A DNA stretch of 33,214 nt from Chiloscyllium plagiosum (GCF_004010195.1 NC_057718.1:52310324-52343537); one strand, 5' to 3'; counted from the first letter of the stretch, positions 11,157 through 23,509 are shown. The notes: generated by a model from the letters alone, not told the origin. Program-made: numbers and translations.

Positions 11157-11410
11157 CAAATCCCGCCTCGGGCAACTGTCTGTGTGGAGTTTGTACATTC
11201 TCCCCGTGTCTGCGTGGGTTTCCTCTGGGTACTCCGGTTTCCTCCCATAGTCTAAAGATGTGCAGGTAAGGTGAATTGGCCATGCTAAATTGCCCGTAGT
11301 GTTAGGTGTAGGGGGATGGGTCTGGGTGGGTTGCTCTTCAGAGGGTCGGTGTGGACTTGTTGGGCCGAAGGGCCTGTTTCCACACTCTAAGTAATCGAAT
11401 CTAATATCTG
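11157..11410 (+). mobile_element. HE1 SINE (V-SINE), 5'-truncated
   Basis: V-domain and HER1-derived tail TGGGCCGAAGGGCCTGTTTCC. Inverted homolog of 3255-3532. Confidence 0.9.
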
Positions 11411-11419
11411 AACATACAT

Positions 11420-13040
11420 TTGGAGATGTACAGCACAGAAATAGACCCTTCAATTCAAATCATCTAAGCCGACCAGTCATCCCAATCTGACCTAAACCAT
11501 TTTCCAGCATTTGCTCTGTATTTCTCCAAAGCCTTCCTATTCATATATCCATCCAGATGCCTTTTAAATGTTGTGATTGTACCCACCTCCACCACTCCCT
11601 CTGGCAGCTCGTTCCATACACACACCACCCTCTGCGTGAAAAAATTACCCCTCAGGTCTTTTTAAAATTTTTCCCTTCTCACCTTAAGCCTATATCTTCT
11701 AGGTTTGGATTCACACTGGATTCACATTTGGATTCACAATGACATTGGCTATTCACCCTTTCCATGCCCTTCATGATTTTATAAATCTCAGTATGATCAG
11801 CCTTCAGTCTCTGACACTTGGGGGGAAAGAAGTCCCAGCCTATTCAGCTCTCTGCAGACCCAGCAATATCTTTGTAAATCCTTTCTGCACCATCTCATGT
11901 TTAACAACATCCTCCCTGTAGATTACACACTGTATTCCAAAAGTGGGCTTACCAATGCCCTGACAGCTGCAGCATGATGTCCCAACCCCCATATTCAATG
12001 CACTGACCAAAGAAGGTATGGGTGCCAAATGCCTCCTTCACCACCTAGCTACCTGCGACTCCACTTTCAAGGAACTATGCACCTGCACCCCTCGGTCTCT
12101 TTGCTCGCCAACACTTCCGAGGGCCCTACCATCAAGGGCATAAGTGCCCTGGTTTGCCTTACCAAAATGCAGCACCTCAGATTTAACTAAATTAAACTCT
12201 AACTGCCACTCCTTGGCTAATTTGCCCATCTGATCAAGACCCCGTTGTTCTCTGAGATAATCTTCTTCATTATCCACTACACCACCAATTTTGGTGTCAT
12301 CTGCAAATTTACTAATCATCCTTCCCATATTCATATCCAAATTACTTAAATAAATATTGAAAAGCAATGGACCCAGCACTGATCCTTGTAGCACACCATT
12401 GGTCACAGGCCTCCAATTTGAAAAGTAACCCTCCACCATTACACTCTGTTTTCTACCTTCAAACTAATTTTGGATCCAATTGGCCAGCTCCCCCAGGATC
12501 CCAAATGATCTAACTTTATTAACCAGGAACCTTGCTGAATGCTTTTCTGATGTCCAAACTGCTCTGCCTTTATCAATATTCTTTTCACCTCTTCAAAAAT
12601 CTCTATCAATTTATTGAGACACGATTTCCCATGCACAAAGCCACGTTGACTATCCCTAATCAAACCTTGCCTTTCCAAATGCATGTAAATCCTGTCCCTC
12701 ACAATTCCCTCCAACAAATTACCCACCACTGACGCAAGACTCAATGGTCTACAATTCCTTGGTGTTTCCTTATAGCCTTTATTAAATAATGGCAGCATAC
12801 TAGCCAACTTTCAGTCGTCTGGCATTTTACGTGTGGCTATCGATGATACATATATCACAACAAGGGATCCAGTAATCTCTACCCTAACTTCCCACAAAAT
12901 TCCAGGCAACATCTGATCAGTTCCCATGAATCTATCTATTTTTATGTGTTTTAAGAGCTCCAGCACTTCCTCTTTTGTAATATGAAATCTTTTTAAAACA
13001 TCACTATTTCCTTCCCTAAGTTCCCTGGCTTCCATGTCCT
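11420..13040 (-). mobile_element. Decayed 5'-truncated CR1 LINE (RT to 3' end)
   Basis: Fragmented ORF2: [44 protein letters not shown]1 3'UTR at 11420-11560. Confidence 0.9.
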
Positions 13041-13544
13041 TTAGATTCTACCTAAATCTATTTATATTTGCCAAGATGAAGAAATTCCCTTGCACTAGCT
13101 GCATAATAAGGATGTATTTATCAAGCAATTCAAGCACATAGAAAAACTATTTCTGCACTAAGGTGAGCTGCATGTTTGTGTGTACGATACCCATGCTCCA
13201 TTACAAATTCTGAAGCTGAGAGCAACATTGAAAACAATGAAATCTCAAGCATGTGTAACACTGCTTCTCCATCAGGTGAAGCTTCTGTGACAAATACATT
13301 TCTTGCCATTTAACAAACCAAACCTGAATGCTGTCCAGGTGTTTTTGCATACAGGCACAGAAAGTGTGCTGCTTAATCAGCACATTCCAAAGACATAACT
13401 ACTACCTTGACATACAAGAGCAACACATGCACAGGAATATCACCATCTACAAGTTCCCCTCCAAGTCACACAATATAGTGACTTCCTTTACAATCACTGG
13501 ACCAGGATCTTTGAGCTCCCATTTCAACAGAACAATGGAATTAC

Positions 13545-13942
13545 CAGCATTTATTGCCGTCTCCTAGTTGCTTTCGAGAAGATAGTGGTGAGCTATCTTT
13601 GTGAACCACTGCAGTGTACAGGAGACTTCGTAATAATATAACTGAGTGGTTTGCAAGCTTATTTTAGGGTCAACCACACATTGCGGTGGATCTGGAGACA
13701 CATGTAGGATGGTGAAGATGGCAGATTTCCTTCCCTGAAGGACCTTAGTGAACCAGATGGTTTTTCCCGACAATCGACAATGGTTTCATGGTCATCAGTT
13801 GATTCTTAATTCTAGGTATATTTTTTAATTGAATTCAAATTCCGCCATCTGCCATAGCAGGATTCAAACCCAGTCCCCAGAACATTAGCTGAGTTTCTGG
13901 ATTAACAGCTGAGTGAAAAATACCACTAAGCCATCGCCTTCT
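13545..13942 (-). mobile_element. Full-length shark tRNA-derived SINE
   Basis: A box TGGCTTAGTGG (13923-13933), B box GGTTTGAATCC (13860-13870), tail GGCAATAAATGCTGG. Homologous to 8871-9199. Confidence 0.8.
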
Positions 13943-15224
13943 CTTAGTATAAATGAAGATTGCAAATCTACACTCAACATTTGACAATAGTATGAAGATG
14001 GGAGCAATCACAAGGATAATCTCTGACAGCAATAACTTAAAATCATTTTTAAAACTATAACAGCTCAAATAATTAGACAAAAGTCAAACAAGACCAATTA
14101 TCTGAATATGATACATCTGAAATTATTTTGTTATAAATGCTGTGGACATTGCTGGTGACTGGAACATTGACGGCATTAATATGGAAGTATGCTTTACTAT
14201 TCAGACATATTCTTCTGTTCCATGAATTAAAACAACTTAGAATTATCAGAAAATGGACAGTAATGGTAAACCTCACCAGGATGTGAGATGGATAGGAGCA
14301 GTGAGGTCCATTCAATTTGACCAGCATTACTCAATTACATTGTCAATTGAGTTGAACTTCCAGAATCACGTAAAGAATGCAGATGCTTCTCAAAGCATTT
14401 TCTAATTTAAGATTTTTTTTATGACTTCCCATGGAAAATATTTCTGAAGATACTACCAGACACAGTTATAAGCCAGTATAATGGGAAAATCCAAATTCAA
14501 TTCCTGGTCAATCCTAAGTGAGTCTTAATGTAAAAGCAAAGTTTAGTTTCTATTATTATTCTCATTGCCTTTAAGACAGGAAACGTCCCTGTTTCTGATT
14601 GTTGTAGTGACCATCAATAAAGCTGTATAGATGTTTGTAGCAAGGAGACTCAGTTTTGATCTGCTTTTCAGTGGATATCCTGCAGACATGAATTGTTCAT
14701 GTTCACATATCAAACAAGTGCCATTCTATTCAAAAAGAGCCAGAGAATTCAGAAGAGAAATAAAATAATCTGTCGAAGAAAGGAATTCCAGAGTGTTTCT
14801 TTCTTGAAATCACATTGAGAAATTGGGAGAAGCCCAATGGAATTTCACTCTGCGCATCAAAAAAGACATTTTAATATTAATATATTCCATGAAATGCATA
14901 CATCATTCCTCTAAGAAAATTGATGGAGTAAAAATACAGTAATACCTCTTTAATTTTGAAGGAGAACAGATTCTGAAAGCGAGATAGCAAGAGACTTTTT
15001 TAAGTTGAAAAAAAATGTTTGAGAATGGTGACCCAGCTATAACTCCTATAGCACCAAGGCATGCATGGAGTTTCTATAGGTCTGCCTGGAGTACTGCCTC
15101 CAATACCCATCTGTCATTGGGAGGTGGCTCCAAGTACCTGCCTACCTCCTATCTCAGCTCTAATGCGGGATAAAAGTCAAGTCTTTGTGTCTCCCTCACA
15201 ACTTGTTCCATACCTGTTTTTTTA

Positions 15225-15520
15225 GCATTAGAAAATCTCACTACAATCTTGGTTCCATCATCTAAGTCATTAATGTAGACCATAAACAGTTGAAGGTTCA
15301 GTCATGATCTCTATGAACCCTAATAGTTCAGGTTTGGCAACCAAATGAAGATATTATCCTGACTTTATATCCTCTATTCTGTTTTTCTTTAGCCAAATTA
15401 TCTTTTAAGTAATTTTTCGATTATACCTTATCAAATATCTTTTGTAAAACCAAGCATATTAGTCACTGTTTCCTCTTTATCCATCCTGTACATTAGATCC
15501 AAAAAATATTCAATTGAACT
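15225..15520 (-). mobile_element. Highly decayed CR1 RT fragment
   Basis: Minus strand LFMVYINDLDDGTK at ~15247-15290. Confidence 0.55.
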
Positions 15521-17425
15521 GTTTAAACATCACTTCCCATCATAAACTCCTTGCTCATCATTTGTAGGGCATAAATCCAGACATGGTGATCCTGTAATCT
15601 GCACAAGTGAAGTGAGATGCAGAAACTGTCGGTTGCTGCTAAGTTTTTCTTGATTCCCATATAAGCAGCGTTACAACAATACACCGGTGAAGGACTGAGT
15701 CCGCAATTTTCACTCCGGGACCACGTATGCAAAGGTGGAAAATATGCTACCACCATGGATCCAACCTTTAAAAGTAGTCACGGCCTGTTCAATTTTCGGT
15801 CCTGAGGTGCAGGCTGAATTGGGAATTGTGTTAGGAGGCTGTTCGTTCCCGGACTGGGTAAAAAGCTTGCCTTGTAACTCCAGGGTTGTGATCAGAGTTT
15901 AAAAATGAATAATAAAAAAAGTAAACATTCCTCCTGCTCACTTCCCCATGTCATGCCCATGCCAACCTATGCGCCTTTACCTATCCCATCATCACTCATA
16001 ACCTGTGCCAATCCATTATGCACAACCCCTCACCCACTGCTTCATTATATGCTAATTTTCCCTTTTGTAGCCCCTTTGCTATTTCTTGCCATTCAAACTC
16101 TCTATATACCACTCTATGCTCTTTCCTTTCCATGCCATCTCCATGCTGGCAGTGCCCATTGATGGTGGTTTCACTATATTAAAAAAAATTGATGACAAAA
16201 AAAGTCAACACATTGAAATTCCTTTAAATAATCACTTGCGAAAACAAACATTTCACTGACATGCTGAACCCTTAATTGCTAAATCCTTTTTGTCAGCCAA
16301 CATTTCCATTCAATAAGTACTTGTAGCTGTTTATCAATAGGCATCCCATTGTGAAACCGACAGCTTGGGAAATGAGTCATGCAACACAGTTGGATGATGG
16401 TTTTACATGAATGGGCAATCTGAAATAAGTAGCATGAATTTTTAAATACCACACATTTGTTTGGGAAGTTGATTGATGACACTGTCAGTCCCAGTAAGTG
16501 TATGCATTTTTTAAGGGTAGGCAGGCCTTCTCACAATCCCAGATCATGCCTTACCTCTCCCACTGGTGCCTTACATCCATCAAAGCTGTTCTGAGACCAG
16601 ATTCAAAGGGGTAGCTTATCTCTCCAAAAAGGGGAACATATGAAACATTGCTCCATTCCTCATTTGGCCCAAACTGTCAAACGCATCATGCTGCAGTCAT
16701 GACAACACATGACAGAGGTTAATGCCCTCTGTCCACTTGCCATTGCCTCTCATATGCTCACACTTTGTCTTTCTACTCACTTTCTACTCTTACACTCTTA
16801 CATCAACTTGGTACCTACTTGCCATTCGAACCCTCTATCTACCACAAAGCTCCAAAGTTCCCTTTGAGCTATATGGCCACACAGCCACTGGAAAGCCCTG
16901 TGCGCACCAACTGACATGCTTACGCATGACTTGTGGTTCAAGAAGCCGCTGCTATACATGGGCATCAGAGGTTCACGCAGGAAGATGAAACATTACTGTT
17001 GCCCACCACCTTTTCCCCCTTCACCTCAGTATCCACAAGAACTCATTCCCAATGAAGAAGCTATAATGCACCTCTTTTGCTTTAAGTTATCTATTGTGGA
17101 CTATGCTGCATTCAGAAAAGCAACCATTCATAAAGATACAGTTTTACACTTATGTCTGCTTCTTTACAGGTCTTGTCAGCTTAACATTTCGACTGGGTGA
17201 CAATCATTGACACATGCTGGCAGGTTAACACGTCGAGACAGTTTGAAAGGGCTTTTGCAATTCTAGGCACAATCTTCACAGTTTGCCTTCCTTAAGAGTG
17301 TGTGAGCACTACCAAAACTTCCATGATCACTACTTCAAAAGGATACTGAATGCATTCACCTCTCCCCCAAAAAGATCTCTCTCCCAACTCACAGAACCAT
17401 ATCCACAGGGATACTTCAACTCATT

Positions 17426-17705
17426 GAATGCTTTTTTTAAAGGCAAACATAAGCAGGTTTTTGAACAGTAAACGAATTAAGGGTTATGGTGAGCGGATGA
17501 GTAGGTAGAGCTAAGTCCACAAAAAGAGTCACCTGATGAAGGATCAGCACTCCAAAAGCTTGTACTTCTAAATAAACCTGTTGGACTATAACCTGGCGTT
17601 GTGTGATTTTTGACTTTGTCCACGAAAAGATCAGCCATCATCTTATTGAATTGTAGAACAGTCTCGAAGGGCCAGATGGCCAACTCCTGTTCCTACTTCT
17701 TGTAT
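17426..17705 (+). mobile_element. CR1 3'UTR fragment hosting a 90-bp insertion
   Basis: TTAAGGGTTATGG..AGATCAGCCAT..TATTGAAT..CGAAGGGCCAGATGGCC.ACTCCTG, similar to the reverse complement of 28265-28400. Confidence 0.75.
17528..17617 (+). mobile_element. Solo 90-bp PLE terminus (family D) with a decayed hammerhead
   Basis: CTGATGA (17533-17539)-AGGATCAGCACTCC-AAAA(GAAA)-GCTT, followed by AATAAA. TSD GTCCACAAAAAGA 17515-17527 / GTCCACGAAAAGA 17618-17630. Confidence 0.75.
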
Positions 17706-18355
17706 CTGTCAGGAAGGGGCCAGAGTTGGAACCTGTGATTGGAAAGTGCTTTCAGTGAAAAAGGAATCTGGCCCTTGGTGACTACAGCGTGACCACTTGA
17801 AAGCTCTTTGCCTAACATCCTGTGAGCAGCTCCTGGAAGTTCAGAAAATCCAAAACTAAGTTATATTGATGCGTGAGCAACTATAAAGGGGACCCCAAAT
17901 GACATCTTCAGAAAATCAATCAAGAAATCATCACCTATGCTTGTGGAACAACACATCCTGAAAACCACAAAAATAATTCACCAGTTTTGTTGTTTTCCAT
18001 TATTTATCTCATAACTATGTTTGCTTAACAGTATTTTCTGTGAATGGAGCTGAAAACGAAGATTCCTGGGTTTAAAGCATAGACAAATGGCAATACTTTA
18101 TTGTTTCATTTTTATTCTGATAGAGTTATTGCTTTATTAATAAATTATTAAGTCTTTTGTTTAAGCTCCAAACCAGTGTCATGAATTGATTATTCACAAA
18201 GTTTGCCATTGGTTATTCAAAAGTCTGGTTAAGAACCATTCAGGTCAATTTTGAGTGCCTTTGAAGGCTTTAATTGTTTCAGCTGTCAGACTCCATCTCA
18301 TAACACAGCATTTTTCCATGGTACTGACCATGCTATGGTTCATCATGAAAAAAAA

Positions 18356-18481
18356 GTTCAAAAGAAGGGTCACCGGACACAAATTTTAAATTCTGCTTTC
18401 TCTCCACCGATGCTGCCAGACTTGCTGAGATGTTCCAGAAATTTTTCTTTCAGATTTCCAGCATCCACAGTTCTTTCAGTG
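18356..18481 (+). mobile_element. Solo decayed PLE terminus (family E, as at 4010-4085)
   Basis: GAAGGGTCACCGGACAC..TTCTGCTTTCTCTCCACCGATGCTGCCAGA..TTCCAGCATCC. Possible TSD CATGAAAAAA 18344-18353 / CATGAGAAAA 18482-18491. Confidence 0.65.
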
Positions 18482-18643
18482 CATGAGAAAACCTACACTG
18501 TTTTGATTATCTTAATTCAACAGGATTTCTGCACAGTTTGTGTAATAACTGCAAATTTATGAAATTTTTTTTGGAAAGTAAACAGCTAATTATTTACAGT
18601 AAGAGGTTAAGAGATAAAACAAATCAGTTGCAGTTTTTTCACC

Positions 18644-19076
18644 TAGTGCTTCCCAAGGATGTTTTCTTTGCAAGCATATTTTGGTGTTCTAACGTCACTG
18701 AGAGCCCAGGGAATTGGGAGCATGGGGGTGTGGAGAGAAGATGCCAGTATGTGTAGGGAGGAGGTGGAAACCTTTGAGTGTGGTAGGCAAAGGTGGGCAT
18801 GGGAGAAGTAGTGAAACTTTACAGATGTTTTATCGACAGGATTTTTAAGTAAAAAACACCTGACTTCCCATGCTTTTTTTAAGATGGTTTCAGGCCTACA
18901 AGATAGGGAGTCAGGTCAAGTCAACTTTTTTTTTTAAAAACTAAGAGATTAAAGCATACACGCAGTTAACATTTGGTCAGAGGTCCACTCCAGTCAGTAC
19001 TGCACCAGAGATTGCAATTCCAAATCTTTAGTGATGACCTCATTAAGGGCCATGATCCACAGTTTGAGAAGTCCTA
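18644..19076. mobile_element. Possible old hAT-type MITE
   Basis: Imperfect inverted termini TAGTGCTTCCCAA / TTGAGAAGTCCTA (10/13), resembling Charlie-type TIRs. No clear TSD. Confidence 0.3.
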
Positions 19077-20474
19077 ATCTAAACATTGAAGTGTAATTCT
19101 TCTTCGTTGGGGAAGGTTTGTGTGGCTTCGAGATTTTTTAAAATTTGGATTTCAAAATAGAAACAAATGGGTGTCAGTTATTTCTGCGAAGAGTCAAGAT
19201 TGTCATTCTGGAAGAGTGACTAAATCCAGGCATCAGTCAGAAAACATGTGACTATGGTCACTTGTGGTGTTAAGAGACAGATGCCTACACTGTTGAGTTT
19301 GTCGGAGGTAGGGTACACTTTAAGGCAATTAGCTTTTTTCCAGTTTAGTATGAGCAAGTACTTTTTTTTTCTCCCAGAGTTGAGTTCAGACGTAAGTTTT
19401 ATCTTCTCTCCTGCGAGGAAGATTCCATCTCAAAGGTGCATGACCCATTTGGAACAGTCCAATTTGCTAAGACCTGTCTAAAAGTGTGACCAAATATTCA
19501 ACTGTCAAGGACTATTGTAGATAGTGAAAATTTTTTATTTAGTGTGAGAATTTTTTTAATGAACATACCTCTGATGAGAGGTAGGGGCACCCTTTGGTGG
19601 AGGTAAGATTTCTGTTGGAATGGCGAAAGAGCATGTTAGTGCATAAAAGGTGCATAGACTTCTTTGGGACCGCAGAAGTTTTCAATAAACTGTCCACACA
19701 AATGTGTTGAGTAAAAGTAAAGTGCAAGCATTTCAGAATGTCTACTCACATAAAACCACTGGATATATCAACCACCCAATTTGCTGAACAACTTCAACTG
19801 TTTATAAAATGGAGATGTTTGTTTTCTTAAGGAATTAGGCACTTAAGTGAGATATTTGTTTTTACAAGGCCGGAAGGTGCAGGTTCAAGCCTTCTCTACC
19901 CAGACATGCATTGTCACATGCCCAAATATTTTTTTAAATAAAAACAATATTTACATAAGCAATTGAGTGAAACATTGTTTACATAAGGAGTAGTTGAAGA
20001 TTTTTTTCTGAATAAAACTGTTGTTTGTTTTAATAGCAATAATAATATACAACTTTATTTTCTATCAGCATATTTAAGATATATGGTGAATTAGCATGGA
20101 GCGGAAAGTATGTATGGTAGTGGGAGGTGTGTGAACACGCACCAAGTTGGGATGAACTACAAATGACCATGGAGATGGCGAAAATGGGGATGCAGTGCTA
20201 TGGGAAGCTAGTAAAGGTTGGCACAGGGGTACAAGGGGCCAATGAAGGTTCAGTATAGTGGTATACATTGGCATGCAGCATAAGAGGAGTGATAGAGTGA
20301 GAGCAGGTAAGGAGGACTGTTTAATGCTTAGGTTTCAATCTTCAGTCTTAGATACTGTGCTGGACTCTCCAGACAGGCATTCCAACAGACTGGCTCAAGA
20401 ACTAATAGCCTCCTCCTCTCTTTCCTGGGTCACCTAACCTGGTTCTAGACAGAGAGCTGTAATTATTACATTCT

Positions 20475-20803
20475 GTGTCACCATGTCTTCTCTCCCCTCC
20501 CACTACTCCAGTGGGACTGTCTGCTTTTTCTTGTCTGGCAGTTAAACACACCACTGTTCGGCCGTACTCACATTCTGATCACTTAATCTGCATTACTAGC
20601 AGCTTTTCTCCCCCAGAACCCCATGTCCCTCATCATAACATAAATACCGCCTCCTCCACTCTTCATGTCAGCTCTGAAGAAGAGTCATCTATACTTAAAA
20701 CGTTAGCTTGTTTTCTCTCCATGGATGCTGCTTGACCTGTTGTCCTTTCCAGCACTTTTTTTCTTCAGTAGATATTCCAGCACCTGCTGTAATTTGCTCC
20801 TAC
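20475..20803 (+). mobile_element. Old PLE 3' terminus (family F) with a decayed hammerhead at 20671-20707
   Basis: GCT-CTGAAGA-AGAGTCATCTATACTT-AAAA-CGTT-AGC, then GATGCTG..TTTCCAGCA..TTCCAGCACC. Confidence 0.65.
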
Positions 20804-20925
20804 ATTGTCCCTTGGTGCCTCTATGTTGGGAAGCAGACTCTGTAGGCAGTGACCATCTACATTTCCTGTCCCCATCCATGATGGCTGGCATCAGATACAC
20901 ACCAGCCTCACCACATCATCATGGC

Positions 20926-21152
20926 GGAGAAAGTGAGGACTGCAGATGCTGGAGATCAGAGCTGAAAAATGTGTTGCTGGAAAAGCGCAGCAGGTCAGGC
21001 AGTATCCAAGGAGCAGGAGAATCGATGTTTCAGGCATAAGCCCTTCTTCAGGAAGGGCTGAAGAAGGGCTTATGCCCGAAATGTCGATTCTCCTGCTCCT
21101 TGGATGCTGCCTGACCTGCTGCGCTTTTCCAGCAACACATTTTTCAGCAGAT
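20926..21152. mobile_element. PLE-terminus-derived fold-back insertion (family A) with two back-to-back hammerheads
   Basis: 91-bp arms 20961-21051 / 21058-21148, 6-nt spacer, 35-nt left extension. Perfect 11-bp TSD ATCATCATGGC 20915-20925 / 21153-21163. Confidence 0.92.
21058..21090 (+). ncRNA. Minimal hammerhead core (mirror copy on minus strand at 21019-21051)
   Basis: CTGAAGA-A-GGGC TTAT GCCC-GAAA-TGTC. Mirror copy reads CTGAAGA-AGGGCTTATGCCT-GAAA-CATC. Confidence 0.7.
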
Positions 21153-21196
21153 ATCATCATGGCACAATATGGAGCAACTTGGTCTCCAATTCACCA

Positions 21197-21230
21197 CTTC
21201 GAAGCCGCATTCTGGAGTGCGGCTTCGAAG
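21197..21230. repeat. 34-bp near-perfect palindrome
   Basis: CTTCGAAGCCGCATTC-TG-GAGTGCGGCTTCGAAG, 15/16 paired. Confidence 0.85.
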
Positions 21231-22042
21231 GTACAGTGCGACCTTATATTTCAATGCCATTGCCAGGACACTTTGCACATCGAGATAAGTACCTATCTGA
21301 TGTTTTGGAGCAGGATGAATTTCAAGACTCTCAACTTGCACTGTTAATGCTCACCTCGCCTGCAGCTGCTTGGATGCTCACAGCATCTTTGTCTTGACTT
21401 GTCATTTTTTGCATTGCCACACCATGAAGATAGTACAGGATCATCTCAGTTCTGTCTTGCCTTGCCCCTTAGTGCAGGCACAAAGCCAGGCACCTCTTCA
21501 TGTTTGCCAGCAGTGACTTATCAAGGAGGTGGATTTTGTGGTTTTACCGAACCATGCTATGTCACTGTCACACCTGGACCACAAGCAGCTTACAAAGCAA
21601 ATACACTAAATGTGCTTCGATTAAATGACATGTCTCAGAAGTCTAAGGGGAGTAGTCCTCTGTGAAATCAAATGGGACTATCATCTGGCATGGTTACCAG
21701 CACAATATGACAAGGAGATCATCCAATCTCAGTCCAGAGTCTTGGACGCATTGCTGGGGCCAGTCAGGATCAGGATCGCCATATCATTACTGTCTGGGGA
21801 GTGGGATACAGTCAGTTCTGCAGGTACAGTGCAACCAAACAAGGGACAACGAGTAAGTCAGTTGGGAGCTTTATAGAGAACAGTCAGGCATCTGGTAACT
21901 CATCAGTTGAGGTTCTCATCCAACATGCTCAGGGGAAGGGCAGTACCTGAACAGTGTTATGCTATGCTGGGCATTAGTGAAATGTAGCTGAAAATGTGTT
22001 GCTGGAACAGCGCAGCAGGTCAGGCAGCATCCAGGGAACAGG

Positions 22043-22080
22043 AGAATCGACGTTTCGGGCATAAGCCCTTCTTCAGGAAT
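22043..22080 (-). ncRNA. Minimal hammerhead ribozyme, downstream pseudo-LTR
   Basis: CTGAAGA (22076-22070)-A-GGGC TTAT GCCC-GAAA-CGTC. Core intact, helix I short. Confidence 0.8.
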
Positions 22081-22204
22081 GAGGAAAGTGTGTCCAGCAG
22101 GCTAAGATAAAAGGTAGGGAGGAGGGACTTGGGGGAGGGGCGTTGGAAATGCGTTAGGTGGAAAGAGGTCAAGGTGAGGGTGATAGGTCAGAGTGGGGTG
22201 GGGT

Positions 22205-23509
22205 CGATGGATTTGACTGAGACAAGGTGGGGGGGGGAGGAATGAGGAAACTGGTGAAATCCGAGTTCATCCCTTGTGGTTGGAGGGTTCCTAGGCGGAA
22301 GATGAGGCGCTCTTCCTCCAACCGTCGTGTTGTTGTGGTCTGGCGATGGAGGAGTCAAAAGACCTGCATATCCTTGGTGGAATGGGAGGGGGAGTTGAAA
22401 TGTTGAGCCACAGGGTGGTTGGGTTGGTTGGTCCGGGTGTCCCAGAGGTGTTCTCTGAAACGCTCTGCAAGTAGGCGGCCTGTCTTCCCAATATAGAGGA
22501 AGCCACATCGGGTGCAACGGATGCAATAGATGATGTGTGTGGAGGTGCAGGTGAATTTGTGGCGGATATGGAAGTTTCCTTTGGGGCCTTGGAGGGAAGT
22601 GAGGGGGGAGGTGTGGGCGCAAGTCTTGCACCTCCTGCGATTGCAGATGAAGGTGCCGGGAGTGGAGGTGGGGTTGGTGGGGGGTGTGGATCTGACGAGG
22701 GAGTATGATACGCTGTACATGGAGATTGGTGGGGTGGTAGGTGAGGACCAGTGGGGTTCTGTCCTGGTGGCGGTTGGAGGGGCGGGGCTCAAGGGCGGAG
22801 GAGCGGGAAGTGGAAGAGATGCGGTGGAGGGCATCGTCGCGGCGATCGCGGAGGCGGTTGTCTGAGCGACGATCGCGGAGGCTGCGAGGTCGGTGGGGGT
22901 GGAAGTGATGTCATTGTCCATGGCGGCGGGCGATGTAGCGGCCGCGTGTGTAATGGCGCCGGACTGATTTCGGAGGCCGATGGAAGATTCTGGAACAGTT
23001 GAGGTATCCGGAGTGTGGGGGTAAGTACATGAAAGTTTTTGGTACTTACTGTCTTTAATTTCCGATATGGCTAGGAAGAACTGTTTGTTTAGTGTATGGA
23101 TTCTTCTGTGGATGAAGAATAGTAGAGATCCGTTGCAGGTCTGTGAGAGTGTTGTCCTGAGCTGGGGTAGGTCGAGTTGCAGGGAATGTAGGTAGCGGCG
23201 CATGGCTGCAAGCGTGGAGCGGAGGATCCGGAGGGAGGCCCGTTGCTGGAGGCTTCAGATTTGTTGTAGGTGCTGGTTGTCCTGGTTGGGTCCAAATTTT
23301 GTTGGTCGGAACGTAGTCCGGAGTCCGTGCGGGATCAGTCAGTTCCATAGGCAGTTGCTGAGGAAGGAGATGTGGCTGTGGTAGCGAGTCTGTTTGAGAA
23401 TGTGGCTGAAGAGCTTCTGTGCAGAGGAGATGACTTGGTGTGTGCAGTGAGAGAGGGACTCACTGAAATCTTTGTAGAGGGAGGAAAAGAGCTTCTTCAA
23501 GGAAGGCAT
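22205..23509 (-). pseudogene. PLE polyprotein remnant: N-terminal domain fused to Zn-knuckle and GIY-YIG endonuclease, RT deleted
   Basis: ATG at 23507-23509 (MPSLKKL..HISFLSNCLWN*LIPHG) is in frame with ORF 22355-23203. Motifs CNRRRCKTCAH, IIYCIRCTRCGFLYIGKTGRLLAERFREH, VAQHFN, LEEERLIFRLGTLQPQGMN. TGA stops at 23339-41, 23255-57 and 22355-57. Confidence 0.9.

Noticed and set aside
13860..13942. tRNA gene
   Set aside because: The A/B boxes belong to a SINE head and there is no cloverleaf.
14460..14725. Possible ancient LF-SINE-like remnant
   Set aside because: Similarity is too weak to support by eye.
15690..17330. Possible decayed Harbinger-related sequence (FERAFAIL near 17240, CATGCC-rich tracts)
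   Set aside because: Only isolated short motifs, no collinear series.
20725..21397. Overlapping ORFs sharing peptides such as AEKCVAGKAQQVRQ and LLEKRSRSGSI (also at 6208-6698)
   Set aside because: They are mirror translations of the palindromic non-coding insertions, not genes.
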